A DNA stretch of 64,000 nt. Source: Patellaria atrata CBS 101060. Its lineage: Eukaryota. Below, one piece after another: positions 49,115-62,567 of this stretch. Location of the stretch: positions 372,001-436,000 of the forward strand of contig MU006095.1 in the NCBI GenBank assembly GCA_010093705.1, in the 5' to 3' direction. The notes below the pieces were generated by a model that was not told the DNA's origin, did no database searches, and was given only the letters and a program-made list of their open reading frames with translations. Position numbers and translations under genes: made by a program. Positions within the stretch are counted from its first letter, which is position 1. Every line of letters starts with the position of its first letter.

Positions 49115-50116
49115 TCAAGGGAGTTCGTGGACATTCTTCCCCAACGGTGCCGACCGACTCCTACCCAGACTCGCCTCTTCTTCCTTATCTAAACGTGGAG
49201 TAGTAGGCGTCGTTGAATCCAGCATCGACATAGAACGGATCAACTCGTCATTTTCGAGCACACTTCCCTGGTCTGCGCCAGTAGGTGACATCACCGGAGG
49301 GGGTATCAATGTTTGCTGCGTGACAGCTTCCTTCATCACCTTTTTCATATCCGCAACCTCATCATAGGCATCTCTATGCGTGAACACATAATACCAATAC
49401 TTGATCTTACCCCTATATCTCTGTTCCGCCTCTGTCAGGTGGACCTTCTTCGCATCCTCCTTTTTCTTCTCCAGAAGTGGTTCGACACAGATCTTGAGCA
49501 TATCCTCCGCTCGGGTAATGATATGGTGTATTAACTCCACAAGTTCTGGCGTGATTGATACTAAAACTAATCGCAGACGTCCGAGCAGCGCGATGGAACT
49601 ATTAAGCGCAGCTTTACGGAATTTCGCTTCCTGTTCTGCGTCCTTTTGCGCAGCCTTCTCTTTCTTCGGGTTGCTCGGGACAGGTAGCACAAGTGCAGAC
49701 AGTGATATCGATTTCTCTCCTGCACCTGACACATCCACTGTAGCATTCCTAAAGCCGTCCGCGAACGCCGCAAAGCGGACGAGACAGGACTTCACGGTCT
49801 CAATGTCTAGACCCCAATCGGTGCACAAACCCCACAGATCGGCCATTGCATCATCATCGTAGTCCAGACGTGACAAGTATACCCCCAAATTCACCCAATC
49901 CCAGAATTGTGTGTGCGTCGGTTCTTCGAGGTGTGTAGAGAGCCATGTGTATGCTGAATCGATCGGATCGAGCAGGGAGTGGGAGAGGATGAAGACGAGG
50001 AAGGTGGCCAAGTGGGATGGATAAAGTGATCTGGTAAAGCTGACCAAGGAGGGAGCTGGCCGTGTTATAGACTTCGGTTTTGGTGTTGAGAATGGTTTCA
50101 GCCAGCTCTTGCCCAT
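49115..50116 (-). CDS. Hypothetical protein
   Basis: Intronless ORF of about 333 aa from ATG 50116 (MGKSWLKPF); protein-like, helical-looking composition; no family recognised. Confidence 0.75.
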   Translation of the reverse strand: MGKSWLKPFSTPKPKSITRPAPSLVSFTRSLYPSHLATFLVFILSHSLLDPIDSAYTWLSTHLEEPTHTQFWDWVNLGVYLSRLDYDDDAMADLWGLCTDWGLDIETVKSCLVRFAAFADGFRNATVDVSGAGEKSISLSALVLPVPSNPKKEKAAQKDAEQEAKFRKAALNSSIALLGRLRLVLVSITPELVELIHHIITRAEDMLKICVEPLLEKKKEDAKKVHLTEAEQRYRGKIKYWYYVFTHRDAYDEVADMKKVMKEAVTQQTLIPPPVMSPTGADQGSVLENDELIRSMSMLDSTTPTTPRLDKEEEASLGRSRSAPLGKNVHELP

Positions 50117-50723
50117 GATTTTCACGCTGTTTCTCCGCAGCTTAGGGAATAGAGCGATGTCGTTCTACAAAGGTATCAAGTGGTATACCTAAAATAGAGT
50201 TTTGATCGAATATGAAGCTCCTGAAAACGAGGATATACCGTCATGGTGGGATATGGGCGGCCTGAATAATTATAAAGGCCTTGGTGGTCCTACGATATTC
50301 AGCTCATGCTTGTTCCCAGTTCCCAACCTATTCCTAGCTTAGAGCGAGGGAACGCGTATTAATTCTAACCGAATAAGAGGTGGCCCTCACATTAAGTACT
50401 ACAATAAGCTCTCATCATTTTATTCTATAAAGATCATGTATTATGAACTCCATGGATGTGTGGAAACGCTTGAATGCAAAGCAACATGGAAAATACCCGA
50501 CCGAGTTTCCATAAACCCCCATCAGATGAGGACAACCAAAGAATTCCTTCCGTACCGTATTATCTCCAACAATTAGCAACCGTGAACTAAGAGTCCTTCT
50601 GAAACATTGCTTCGTTTTTCCAACAGGAGCAAGCAAATTTTTAGCTCTCAATAAGCTATCAAGCCGCAAGCAAATGAAACAATTGGACACTGTCGCTCAT
50701 CTTTACGCATAACACCAGTAGGC

Positions 50724-52573
50724 TTACCACTTGCGTACTTTCTTAGCCCCTTTCTTCTCCTTTGCTGCATTGTTTTGAACTCTAGGAACTGCGTTCTGCG
50801 GAATCACATTAGCCATTACTGCTTCACCAGTATCATTCATGTTTGACCCTTCATGAACATTTCCGTCCTTGTCCTCTGTGCTTTTCTTCTGTGGTGTTGA
50901 TTTCTTATTCACACCAGCAGGTTTCTGTGCTTCCCGTATTCTGGGGCCATGAATAGGTAAAAGGACCGGAGTGATCTTCTTCGGCACTGATATTGCGACA
51001 TTGCTACCTTTCTCTACCGCGCTCGAGTCATCATCTGTGGTTGTGCCAGCATTGTAATCACGGCTCATGTTGTTCAGCCTGTTGGGCACCCGCAGTTCAG
51101 TCTTCCTTCCCTTTGTCGGTGGGCCGCGCTTCGAGGGTATGTCCTGAGAGGCACGATGCGGGATCTGTGAAGATTCATCCGAATCCCAATCAGAATCAGA
51201 CTCCGCAGATATTTCGATAATCTCGCCCACCGCTTCTGTATTTTTGAGCTGAGGAGACGGATCCGGGGTACGTTCTCGGTAAAGATCGTCAGTGCAATAA
51301 GATGCTCCGCCTTCCGATGGAGGACCCGAAGGACGTTGGAAGCGTGCAAAGAAGGACGTACCTGGTTTCGACCGTTTGGAGCTCGCTGAATGTGGTCCCG
51401 GAGACGGTTTGCGCTTGGATTGCGTCGGCTTCTGAGGGACAGTATTGTTGAGTATCGTCTTTTCTACGCCACCATTTGTACCTTTGGGTTTAGCTCGGGC
51501 TTTCGGGGCAGGATTTTTGAAAGAGATACCTTCGGTGTCGGAACACAAGATCTGGTGCTCATCGGAGATATGTCGTTTCGGCGTGGGTCCATTGATCATA
51601 TTAATGTCATCTAGGTCAAAGTCTTCTCCTGGTGCGCTTGATGATTCCTCGACGATATTCTCTCCCGATGAAGATGCGCCTTCAGCTCTTTCGTCTCTCA
51701 TGATGGCCTCGGGTTCATGTGTTGTTGCATCAAGTGATGATGTGGACCTATTTGCCATTTCCGAAGGGGCAACCATCTCTGCCTTATCGAGGCCTGCAGA
51801 ATCTTGCAGTGGCTGCGTAGATTTGGAGGTGAGTGCCACGGGTAACTTCTTACCCTTGTGGTTAGTGCCCAGGGCCTCAACCGTGGAGACAAAACAGTCA
51901 GGTAGTGCTGTCGCTCGCCGGGCTATATTTAATATTAGCTCATGATCTCGACTGAGATTCATAGATTAGAGAAATAACGTACATCTCTGCCCGATGGACA
52001 TCACTTTAAGCATCTGTACCCGTGCATACTCTTCCAAAGTGCCGGGTTTCCCCTCGTACTTCCATGGCCCGAGATAAACATTCAATTGCTCCCTGGATAT
52101 ATTCCAGCTAGGATCGAGTGCGGCAGCAGCCTGTTGGGGTTGCTCGGGCTCGACATGTGAAACTCCATTCCTAACGGAAGTAAACCTTGGTGCGGGCGTC
52201 CCGAACCGCAAAGTTCCCGGCGAGTCTGGGGATAAAGGCCTTGTCGGTGGTCCTGGAGGAGTAATCAGTCCTGCTTCTAGTAAAGTTAGACGACACAAGA
52301 AAAAGTGCAGGGGAACTTACGTTCGTCTTGCGGGATAATCTCTTGCTCGGGAGCTGCGCCGAAGATTGAATCCAACTTTTCGTGTATTGCTCTAACTGAT
52401 GCTTCAAGAGCATCAAGTTGATTTTGTTGACGTGTTTGAATTTCCTTGACCTCATGGATCTCCTTGGAGGAAGCTTTGGAGTCGATCTTGCTATCCAACT
52501 CTTTCAGTGCTTTACTCAAATCCTGCAATTGAGTGTCTAGGGCCTTGCCGGCTTCAGCATGAGTTCTGTCCAT
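50724..52573 (-). CDS. Hypothetical protein (N-terminal coiled coil, long disordered basic tail)
   Basis: Exons 52573-52321, 52276-51983, 51922-50724 joined in frame by canonical introns (GTAAGT..CTAAC..TAG; GTACGT..CTAAT..TAG). Confidence 0.75.
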
Positions 52574-53376
52574 GTTGGAGGATATCTCAGAGCAAGATCG
52601 CGTATCCGAGATGGAGAGTAGAAAAGGGAGTGATAACACCAAAGGTCGGGTTTTATCTTGCTAGATGCGCGGTTGTAAACAAGCACAAGTTTCGCGGCTT
52701 CACGTGCGGATCAACATCAACTACAGGACAAAGATAAGGTAACAGGATCCGTTCAGAATAAATGATAGACGATCGCATAATGACACTGATTTGGAGCAAT
52801 TATAAGGGCGAAGAGTCATTCATCGAAGAGATTCAGTTCCAAATATGAACATAATGGAGACGAGTAACCATCAACGTGAAATCGGTTGTCACGAATAATC
52901 TACTCTCAGGAAGGTTACGGAAAGTGCTAGATTAAATATATAGAATGATGTTAATTCATGACTGTAAGAGTGATGTTTCGACTCACAGCCTCGCGCAAAA
53001 TGCTCTCGCGCAACCTAAGGCAATCAGCGCAAGGCTGCCAAGTTAAGCGTCATCAAGGAGTTCCCACCACTCGCGTGACCCTTTGTATGTCTGATATTTG
53101 TTGGTGGGAGCGAGAATTGATCGGTGCTTATACTTGCGCCTCAAAACTAACGCCCAATTTTTGCCGAGATGCACACAATCCGTTGTGGCTGGCGTTCAAA
53201 CTGCACTGTATGTGTGCCAAGCCACAAATGCAAAAGTACTGAAGTGGACTGTACAGTATAACTGCCGCCATGAGTGTATCATGAGAGATGCGTCTTTCTT
53301 CTTAAGATCAGCGCATCCCATCATTTTGATCAAATGACGAGCCCCCAAAAGTATTGGTTATATCCAAAGCTGCGAC

Positions 53377-54058
53377 TCAACGTAGAGAAATAGTCACTTC
53401 TAACAGACTTATGTGTCGAACTTGGGTTTCTGGTGTATCAAACTCCAATTTGCCTGTATCTTCAGAATATCCCATCTCCCCGTCTTTTTCGACCATTTCT
53501 AGAGGCGCCGGTCCCAGTTTCCTTGACTTTCGAGGCGGGAGCTCGATATCATCAATTGCAGTAACAGTGCCTGTTCGGAGTTGGACACGATACTCCCTCT
53601 GCTGTTGAAAATATAAAGCAAGTTGAAGGGTCTGTTCAATTGCTCTGCCAGTTCCCTTGAGTAGTATCTCCTCATGTTCTCCTTGTTCCTGTGCTTTAAT
53701 CGCTGCAGCCATGTGATTGTGCGGAGTCTTTTTCCCATGACGAGCACGCGAGGTTGCGCTTTGCGATGTGCGTTTATCCACCTCCTTGAATAGTTTCTGC
53801 ACCTTCTTTACTGCCGACATAAAAGGCATCTTAGCGCTTACGTAGACAACTTTCTGTTGCCATTTCCCGTTGTATGGGGATGGTATTGCAGGGTGTAAGA
53901 GTGGTCTTTTGTGCACTTTCACATCTGGGACTATGGATTAGAACTAGCCGCAAGCCCAAAAACACCAAAGAGGAAAACTCACTATCTGGCAGTCGAGAAC
54001 GCTTGTTAGGGTTAGACTGTGGTGCAATAGTAGATGCTGCTGCATTATCCACAGTCAT
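53377..54058 (-). CDS. POP7: RNase P/MRP subunit Pop7/Rpp20
   Basis: Exons 54058-53983 and 53924-53377. KRPLLHPAIPSPY, KVVYVSAKMPFMSAVKKV, EEILLKGTGRAIE, VQLRTGTVTAIDDI, LEVTISLR. Confidence 0.9.
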
Positions 54059-54301
54059 CTTTGCGCGCGCGTAATCAAGCTGTTGCACACGCGTCTTGAA
54101 TGGTGAATGAAAGGGATGCCGGGCGAAATTTCCTTGATGCTGTCATTCTGGAAGCTCGGGCGTACGATAGTTCTACCTATTCGCACAGGGTAACGAGAGT
54201 TGCACGCTAGTTTAAATACAGAACATCTCATGGCATTTTCGGCGCCCTCCAATTCTATGTTTTCTGATCGAGAATGATTTGTTACTCTTTTTTACTTCAT
54301 C

Positions 54302-55000
54302 ATGAAATTTAGGCATATTTCTGTTCCTGGTATTGTAGACTATAAAACTGTTGCTCGTCTCCAGGAACAAATTGTAAAAAGCTTTCTCTCATTCAAAGCC
54401 AATCCAGAATCAGATGTACCCAACCCAACAATTATCACCACCCAATTTAAGAACGTCTATACATGTGGCCGAAGAGAAACCGGTAAAATGAGTCAAGAGC
54501 AAAGGGATTATTTAACTTCAGATGGTAAAGCAGAATTCGTGGAAGCAATGCGAGGCGGCCAAACCACTTTCCACGGCCCAGGTCAACTTGTGGCATATCC
54601 GATTATCGATTTAAAAAGACATAATCTGTCACCGAGATCGTATGTCTGTCTCCTTGAGAAGACACTTATCTCTACCTGTGGTAGATTTGGAATCAAAGCA
54701 ATTACGACTGAAAATACAGGTGTATGGACATCCCCAGATGATAAGATTGCCGCAATTGGGATCCATTGCAGACGCAACATTACAAGCCATGGCATTGGCC
54801 TTAATGTCAGTACGGATCTCTTCTGGTTCAATCGGATTGTCGCCTGCGGTCTCGAGGGGAAGAGGACGACAAGTTTTCTAAATGAAGGGGTAAGGCCTGC
54901 ATCATTGGACATAGTCGCCGCAACGTTTGTTGCGGAGTTCTCGTCAAGATTGGGAATAAAAGGAATTATTCTTGATGCTATAGATATTAAGGAACAGTGA
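54302..55000 (+). CDS. LIP2: Octanoyl-[ACP]:protein transferase (lipoate-protein ligase B)
   Basis: VYTCGRR, RGGQTTFHGPGQLVAYPIIDL, TGVW, KIAAIG..ITSHGIGLNV, FNRIVACGL. Confidence 0.96.
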   Translation: MKFRHISVPGIVDYKTVARLQEQIVKSFLSFKANPESDVPNPTIITTQFKNVYTCGRRETGKMSQEQRDYLTSDGKAEFVEAMRGGQTTFHGPGQLVAYPIIDLKRHNLSPRSYVCLLEKTLISTCGRFGIKAITTENTGVWTSPDDKIAAIGIHCRRNITSHGIGLNVSTDLFWFNRIVACGLEGKRTTSFLNEGVRPASLDIVAATFVAEFSSRLGIKGIILDAIDIKEQ

Positions 55001-55389
55001 CGGTTCTGCTCTTCGTTACAGTTATCTTTGGTTCCTGGTCCCTTGGATATGTTGTTGTCGAACGCTCGGAATATCGTCAATACAGATACAAAAAGAAGAG
55101 AGTTTACCTTACGTTAACAAAACTATGGACCTAGCTCGGCCCACGTTCCTTCTTCAAAATGAATAAGGAAGCATCAGTACGGAGAATCGATTGTGGACGT
55201 CTGGCCTGCGCCTGCTCTAAACCTCGTGCCATCATATCTTAGGAGCTTTAGCGTCAATGTAGCGAAAGAGTTTCCAGGCATTGGATAGAAGTTGCGATAT
55301 ATCTTTGTGGCAGAACAGGATCTACTCTGCTATTAATGACCATTATTGTTTCGAACATTTGTATATGGTATTTATCAAAGAATCCTTCA

Positions 55390-57210
55390 ATGGCTCCACT
55401 TCCTCTAACTACGTTCCCGCTGGAGAACCGATCACCTACGACACGTAAATGGTATGCAACCAAAGTAGTTATAGCGGTAGCTTGTGTTTGCGGTTGTCTC
55501 TTGGGTGAGTCTCAATGTTTCCATGAATATTTGTGTGTGTAGCTCACAATCATAGGACTTTTGGTGCTTGTGATATACATAAGATACAGATCCCACCGCC
55601 CCCACCGTGCCTACGGAACGACAAGACCTAAATCTCACGTATCACTCAATACAAGCGATCAACTTGGGAGTGAGTTTACTCTTTGGATTATCAATTCCCA
55701 CTTTCCAGTTTGCTCCCAATATACTTTTCTTAGACTGTGCTGAAAAAGCGGGCTAGAGGCTGAAAGAAGTTCGAGGGTTACTAACCCATACGCCCGTACA
55801 TATGGTATCCCTATACGCCCTCCATCGGAGACGTCGGAAAACCGAATACAATCGTTGGATCTCGGTGGTCCATCTAACGTTTGTCCATGTCATGGTAACC
55901 GTCCGGTCCGTCGTGACAGTGTAATCGGGGCGGCGAATCGTAATATCCACAACGGCAAAGAACATTCAGATGACTGTACAAGTATCTCCTCGAGCTCTAC
56001 TAAATCTCAGCACTCCGAGAAGAACACATGCTTAACCCAACTTACCAACCGTATGTTTGATCGGCTGGTCAAATGGAGGGACATCCAGCAAGGACAACAC
56101 AAGTCTCAACTTGCGCATTTTCCAAATTCTTCTGAGAACTATACTACGGACCCTCAGGGGAAACCCCACTGTTTGAAACGCAGCCAAAGTTCCTCTGCAG
56201 ACACTCTGAATTACTGGCTTCGATTTCAGACCAACCTTACTGATCCTCAAGAACCCCAGTCAACCAAAGAACCTACGTCAAATGTCCCTAAACCCAGAAA
56301 ATCGTTTTACGCTGAACGTCCCGTGGAACAAGTAATTTCCAACCCACAAAATGCATTATTAAGACCATTCACAGCCAAGCAACCCGCTCTCTCAGAAGCC
56401 CCAAAAACCATTGACACAGAAATATCCCACTTCATCGGCCAGCCTCCCCCAAATGAGAGTAAACCCCCAGGCTCAAAAAAGCTCCAACGAAAGCGCAAAT
56501 TCCGGACCTCGCCATCACGCAACATAACACCACAAACCGCAGAGCGCGCCCGTCTCGCCCAAGAACAAAAGCGAAAGCGTATGCAAGAAGAGATAATGCA
56601 AGCCGTCGCGATCCACTTCGTCCGTTCACGATCCACATCCGTCGTGATACCCTCCTCGCGCCACACGAGCCTGGGTACTAAAGTCATCAAGCCGTCGGGT
56701 GCGACGTGTATATTCCAACCTGCGCCAGCAACGGGTAGAAACACAAGTGTGACGCATCTAAGCCGCAAACTAGAACCAGCAATAGAATCAACAACCCCGG
56801 CCACGCCCCTAGGAAACCCCCACCGCATGCCGTCCAGGGATATGGCCATACAAACTGATATCACACTCCCGCCGTCACCATCGCTTCCTGTCCAACACTC
56901 TCTATCGCATACCCAACCCCCACCCTCATCCGAGCCCGCGTTCCCCTTCACTTTCCGCCCCTCCAGCCCCTCTCCATCTCCAGTTCTCCACACGACACCC
57001 GAATCCGCCACTCCCCTTGCAACGCGCAAGAGTCCCCGCCCGCGCACGCCGAGGGGGCGGCCGAGGACGGGGTCGAGAAGTGCAAACGGGACGTGGGGGA
57101 GGGGTGGGATGGGATGTGGAATTACAGGCGGTGGCAGTATTGGAGTGGGAGTGGGAGTTGGAACTGGGGTGCTGGAGAATTTGAGGGGGCGGGAGTGGAG
57201 TGAAGTTTAA
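55390..57210 (+). CDS. Hypothetical single-pass membrane protein with long disordered S/P/R-rich tail
   Basis: Exons 55390-55504, 55556-55669, 55757-57210 splice in frame into the 451-aa ORF. Exons 1-2 encode VVIAVACVCGCLLGLLVLVIYI followed by RYR. Confidence 0.7.
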
Positions 57211-58492
57211 GGTTTGGGATGCGAGGGGATGGAATGGGAGAGATTCGATGGGTTGTGGATGTGGGTATGGGAGATGGGTGAGGTTGAAGGGATGGGTATG
57301 AGATAAGGGGAATGGAATGGGGGTAGATTGTCGTAGGCGTCTGGTACTTGGATATGATTCGATTGCTTAAGTGGAATACGATTTTTTGCTGACGTTTAGA
57401 CGTGATCCGTATCTTGATGTAACTTTTCTTAGGTGAAAGTATCCTAAAACTATTACTTCGAGTTAAAAACTAGACTTGACGTTGCTGAGAGTCCACTCTG
57501 CTCATCCTTATTTCTGCTGTACATTTAGTAGGGGCAAGAAATCGATTTGAAACCCGTACTTCACATAAGAAAGCTTGAGAAAAGTACTTCGCCACATATC
57601 GCTACCCTTCTATCTACGGCGATTACGATATCAGAAACACAGTTCCAGACGGGACAACAAAGCGAGACATCTCAATTCACACACACAGCCAGAGAGATCA
57701 AATGAGGTATAACAGAATTCCATTCCGTCAAGTATATCATGAAGGCTCCACAACGCACCCTCGTCCCCGCATTCCCAGAAATTCCCATCATCAAGCAAGA
57801 AACTCAGTCAGCCCCACGACCGACTGGAAGGAAATAACACGGTAAGCCGAACGCCGGGCCGTCATGCCACCGCGATACATAATGAGACACAAACGAGTCC
57901 TCAAGGCTCAGTAAGGAAGGGAAAAAAATAATAGATGATGGTAGGAGAGGATCCAGGACGCCTGATCAGCGGTGATGAAGATGGAATAACCAGAAGGAAG
58001 TTTAGAAGACGAAGATTAAGAAAGAAGGAAAAGTCTCGCAAAGCTTGAAAAGCTAAAGATGAAGAAGGTAGAAAAAAGGAAAGAATAAGGTATAATGAAT
58101 GTCTGTAATACACGCACGCCAGTAATACACGATTGACACACACGAGAAGGAAATCCTTGGTTGAAAAGGCAAGGCGCCATACAGGATGAGAGTCCTGTTT
58201 CCAACTTTTCATATACAGTTGCTGATACTCGACCCTGCTCCGTCTCCGTCTGGGAGAGCATCAGTCCCCTTGACCCCAACGCCCACCGGTGTCCACGCGA
58301 GCACATCCAACTCCCCGCCACCCATAAACGAACTCCGGGAAAGGGGATCCGCCACCATGTCTGTACATCGCGGCTCTCCGCTTCCACAAACACTTATAAC
58401 CCTAGTAATGGTTATAACACGGCCGCACGCTTCCCTCCATCAACTGGTCGTGCGGTCGGAGCGGTCTTTTTCATCAGCTCCTTTAGGCATTT

Positions 58493-60831
58493 TCATCGGT
58501 CGACCTTCTGCCAGCCGTTTAGGTATGCCATAACACCCATACCAAGGACTAAGACACCTATGATACTTGCATAAGGCGCCGTTTCAACCAGCTGGCTGGA
58601 AGGGTTTGCTTTAATCAGCTGTGTCTGCTTCAGTGCCTCAGAAAGTTTGTCTTCCAGCTCCTTGATGGTCTTTACGTTGTTGTCACTGATGGGGAGCGTG
58701 GAGCCGTTCATGTATAGCTCATCTTCCGTTATTTCCACATCTTTGTTCTTGGCTTGGTTTTCCTCGACCGGCGTTTCATCGTCAGAAACTATTGAAGATG
58801 TCTGTTCATCTTCGCTAATATGGCCATCAAGGGCGGGTGACGATGATTTAAGCTCCCGTGTCGGACTATTGTCCCTACGTACTCGCTCAGCTTCTCGCTC
58901 CGCCCTCTCTGCCTCATCTCTCCTGATCTTTTCGACCATTTCCGCGAGAGTCTGACGGTCATTCTTACTTTCTGCTTCTGCAGACTCAGCCCGTTCTCGG
59001 TATTTCTCCATCTGGATTCGCATCTCCTGCATCTCTGTCAGCATCTCATCAAGCCTTTGCTGCAGGCGGGCATGGGTAGCGGCATCCACTGGAGCCATCT
59101 GAGAAGGTGTCTCTGGGCTCTTTGGCTCTGGAACCTCTTCCTCAGGGTGACTGGGGAGGAATCCATTCATGCGGTGGCTTTGCTCGGTCTCAAGGTGTTT
59201 GGCTCTTTCTTCGGCACTTTCACGAGCTTGTCGTTCTTGAGCTAACCTGTCCTCGAGGTCTTTTAGTTTGCCGTTTTGAGACTCTAATTCCCGTTTAGCA
59301 GATGATAGTGCGTCAACTAGGGTGTTAATCTGTATCGAATTCTCGGCTCTACCAGGCGGGGAGGTTTGAGCGGTAGGAAGTTTTGGACGTTCGGTATCGT
59401 TACGTTTGAGTAGGGGTTGAGCATGATCAGGCTTTTCTGGTAGTGGTTGGGATGGTGGGGGAGCTGGGGGATCTGAGAAGCGGGCTTTAAGATCCTTGAT
59501 AGGGGACTGTTTTAGTTGAGGTATTGGTCTGTGCTCCTTCTTTGGTTCTGTAAGAAGTTTATCGACAACTTGACCAGTACGTGCTAGTTCAGTTTGTTGC
59601 TTTTTTGCAGTCACGAGTTCGGCCTTCACTTCTGTTAGTACTAAAGTGTTGACCTCATTCAATCGATGTTTTGACTTACAGTGAGCTTTTTCACAATTTG
59701 TTCCATTGTGATTGGCCGTAACCAAGAATAGTCTAATTGCCGCTGCTGATTTAAAACATTAAATTGGCCCGGACCGGTACCTGGTGGTGCGGAAGACATT
59801 CGACCAGTGTTGTTTCCTATCGTGCTCTGATTACCAGTTCGACCTCGGACTTGGCCGCCAACGTTTTGCCCCATGGGTGCTCCCATCAATCCTCCAGTAG
59901 TTGCATTATCAAGATCCCCGAAGTTAAGGTCTAACACGTTACTACCGGTATTGTAGAGACCGGCATGTTCGACTCGAGCAGCAACCTTGTGATGAACAAC
60001 CGTCTTCTGATCTTCACTAACAATATCAATACCTAACTCTAGTACGTCTTGTTCTCGAAGTTCGTGTGGTTCGGAGTCTCGATTTTCTTGTGAAAGACGC
60101 TGACCATTAACGAATGTACCATTCGACGATTTTACGTCACGAATAAAGATCTTCCCACTTTTATCTGCCCACACCTCGGCATGCTGGCGTGAAAGCACTT
60201 TAGAGTCAAAATATCCATTGGTGGGGGTAGGAACTGTTTTGACATTTGTCTGTCGTCCAATTCTGATTACGTCAGGGAAGAACGGTACAGTGATGGTTTT
60301 CCGGTCAAATGTACCATTCATGGGTAAAAGGTAAAGTACGGCGGTTGCATCTTGCTGGCCTTGTATCCTAGGTAAGCCATTTTGCTGCCCCGTCTGTGAC
60401 TGGACATTATGTTGTGAGGGTAACATGGAGGGAGGTTGATGTAATGCAGAGATAGCAGATGCAGCTGACGGTCCTGAAGATGTTGTTGCTACCGATTGTG
60501 GTCGGGCATTAGATAAACCTGCGATGGGTTCCGATTTTGTGGGAGGCCATACGTTTCTTGTAGGCTTCTTTCTTGCACCCCAATTTGAATCTGGACCCCC
60601 AGTAGGTGCTCCGTTGGATGGACCGGATGTAGCTGTGCTCGTAGAAGATGAAGATGCTGTAGATGCGAGGGAAGAAGATGAGTTTGACCTTTTTGCACTC
60701 GGTCGAGGCATAAACATTCTGGAAACCTCGTCAGCGCTCATCGAGTTGATGCCGTTCGCGGATCCGTTAGGAGCGCTCCATCCTGTTCGGGGTACCGGCT
60801 GGAAGTTGGGGAGAGGTGCGACCGCCGTCAT
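58493..60831 (-). CDS. VPS64: FHA-domain tail-anchored STRIPAK subunit Vps64/Far9-10 (SLMAP, HAM-4/PRO45 homologue)
   Basis: Exons 60831-59680 and 59623-58493. FHA IGRQTN..NGYFDSKVLSRQHAE..RDVKSSNGTFVNG..LELGIDI; coiled coils; C-terminal TM PYASIIGVLVLGMGVMAYLNGWQK. Confidence 0.93.
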
Positions 60832-62567
60832 CTGTAATGAAGCCAGGGAGGGACGATGGGTAAGGATATTCGATAGCGGCGCGACTGGTGTTTTGGCCCT
60901 TCCAACTTTTTTTTATTAAGCGCCGTTTGCCTATGAGAGCAGGGTGCAAGTACGATAGTCGAGTGATAACAAAAGAAGACGAACGCCAATATGAAGTTTC
61001 GTAAGCATCAGAAAAGAACAAGTATCGACACGATGCTGTGGTTACGGAAAAGGGTCGCGGTCTCTGTTATGTCGTGTGCTGGTTCTAGGGCCGTGTCAAG
61101 AGGCCGTGCGACGTCAGGATTGACTGACCGGACGGAAGCCGAAGGTGGTGTAGAGAGTGGTCGAGATGGTGATGAAAGTAAGTTGACACAACGAAGACGA
61201 GATTTCTAGGGTGGGCGAATAGAGGTTTCGGGGGTTGTTTGGGGGTAGATAGGGTCGTAAAAGCGACGGATGTCGTCCTCGAAAGAGAGGAGTCGACCTG
61301 AAGGAATTCGTCGCTTAACCACCAAGGGAGATGCCGATCCTTTGGCCAAGATGTTGTGCCTCTTCGAGCCGTTCAAGTTGGGTTGATGTGATGCCCATGA
61401 ACGCAATTACGACGCATTTATTGCCAAAATACGGCAGAGAAACAATTATGTACAAGCTTCTATCAGATGGTTTGATGTTTGATACAGAATACTTTAGATG
61501 CATCATCGCACTTGGACAAGTCACAAGCGGAACTGCAACTTCTTTTCAAACATCAAGTATAGCACGTGACCGATCTATATCTATTCCTGGTATAGTGCGC
61601 TTTGGAGTTTGAATGATCGAATGATTAAACGGACGAGCATTATATGGATACTGCATCCATCTGTACTTAAGAGATTCCACGATATTGAATCCGCAAAGTG
61701 CACCACCTCTAAGCATAACCTCAGTTTCCTCTCAAGATGCCTGTTCCAGTAGGAGGAGGTATGGCTGGTCCATCTACGTTCGACAAGCGTGCGTTCAAGA
61801 ACAGAGTTGTCAATACATACATCAGAAAGCTGATCTTTTTGTAGTTAAGATGGGAGGGATGATGGGCGGCTGTTAGTATCTGAAGATGATATACATCAAG
61901 CAGACCTTTGCGCTGACATTCCCTCCAATAGCTGTCGGCCTAATCATCGGTTTTATATTCGGTATAACCTCATACCTAGGATTAGGAGGATGAACTGGAT
62001 TAACTATTAGAAAGGAGCTACGAACATCATTAGATTTGGACCAGGACCCAATGGTATGATGCGGACACTAGGTCAATACATGGTTGGATCAGCAGCTACA
62101 TTTGGGTATGGTCAACACATCTAGTCCTGCAATGAAGTGTACTAATTGGCGCATAAGATTCTTCATGGCTATCGGGTCTACAATACGTTCGGAAAGCTCA
62201 CCTATTGCTGCTGAAGCTTTCACAAGAGCACAACGCCGCCCATTGATCATACCACGACAGCGACAATGGGTATCGAGGAATGGAGAAAGATGAATGGCAT
62301 AAAATTAGTGTTCGGGAGTTTAGGACAGACATATTGGGCCACATCCGATGAATTGAAGAATTGTACAAAAAGCTAAGCTCACACCCTCTGCTACATGTAC
62401 TTGTAATTTTGTATATATTTTCAGTTTCGGAAGAGGACGACCAAAAGATTTCACGAGAAACCTCCGAGCTGTAACAATGGTGTATCGTATAATGCTAAGA
62501 AAGGCGATGAAATTGGGTATCATAAATCAAAACACCGCCCCATCCTTTCGTGGAACGTTTCAAGAGC

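Noticed and set aside
54005..54015. GTTAGGGTTAG telomere-like or telomerase-template-like sequence
   Set aside because: Under two repeat units and inside POP7 exon 1 (encodes SNPN); coincidental.
54998..55116. LIP2 stop in TGA-C context as a possible readthrough to a cryptic PTS1
   Set aside because: Context is TGA CGG rather than the fungal TGA CTA, and the extension ends TLR, which is not a PTS1.
56307..57047. 246-aa minus-strand ORF
   Set aside because: Antisense to a Pro/Ser-rich coding exon; no independent motif or ATG context.
59624..59679. Apparent frameshift in VPS64 if the first CAG after the branch point is used
   Set aside because: That CAG directly abuts TACTAAC; the AAG ending 59624 restores the frame (KKLT-AELVTAKKQ), so the gene is intact.
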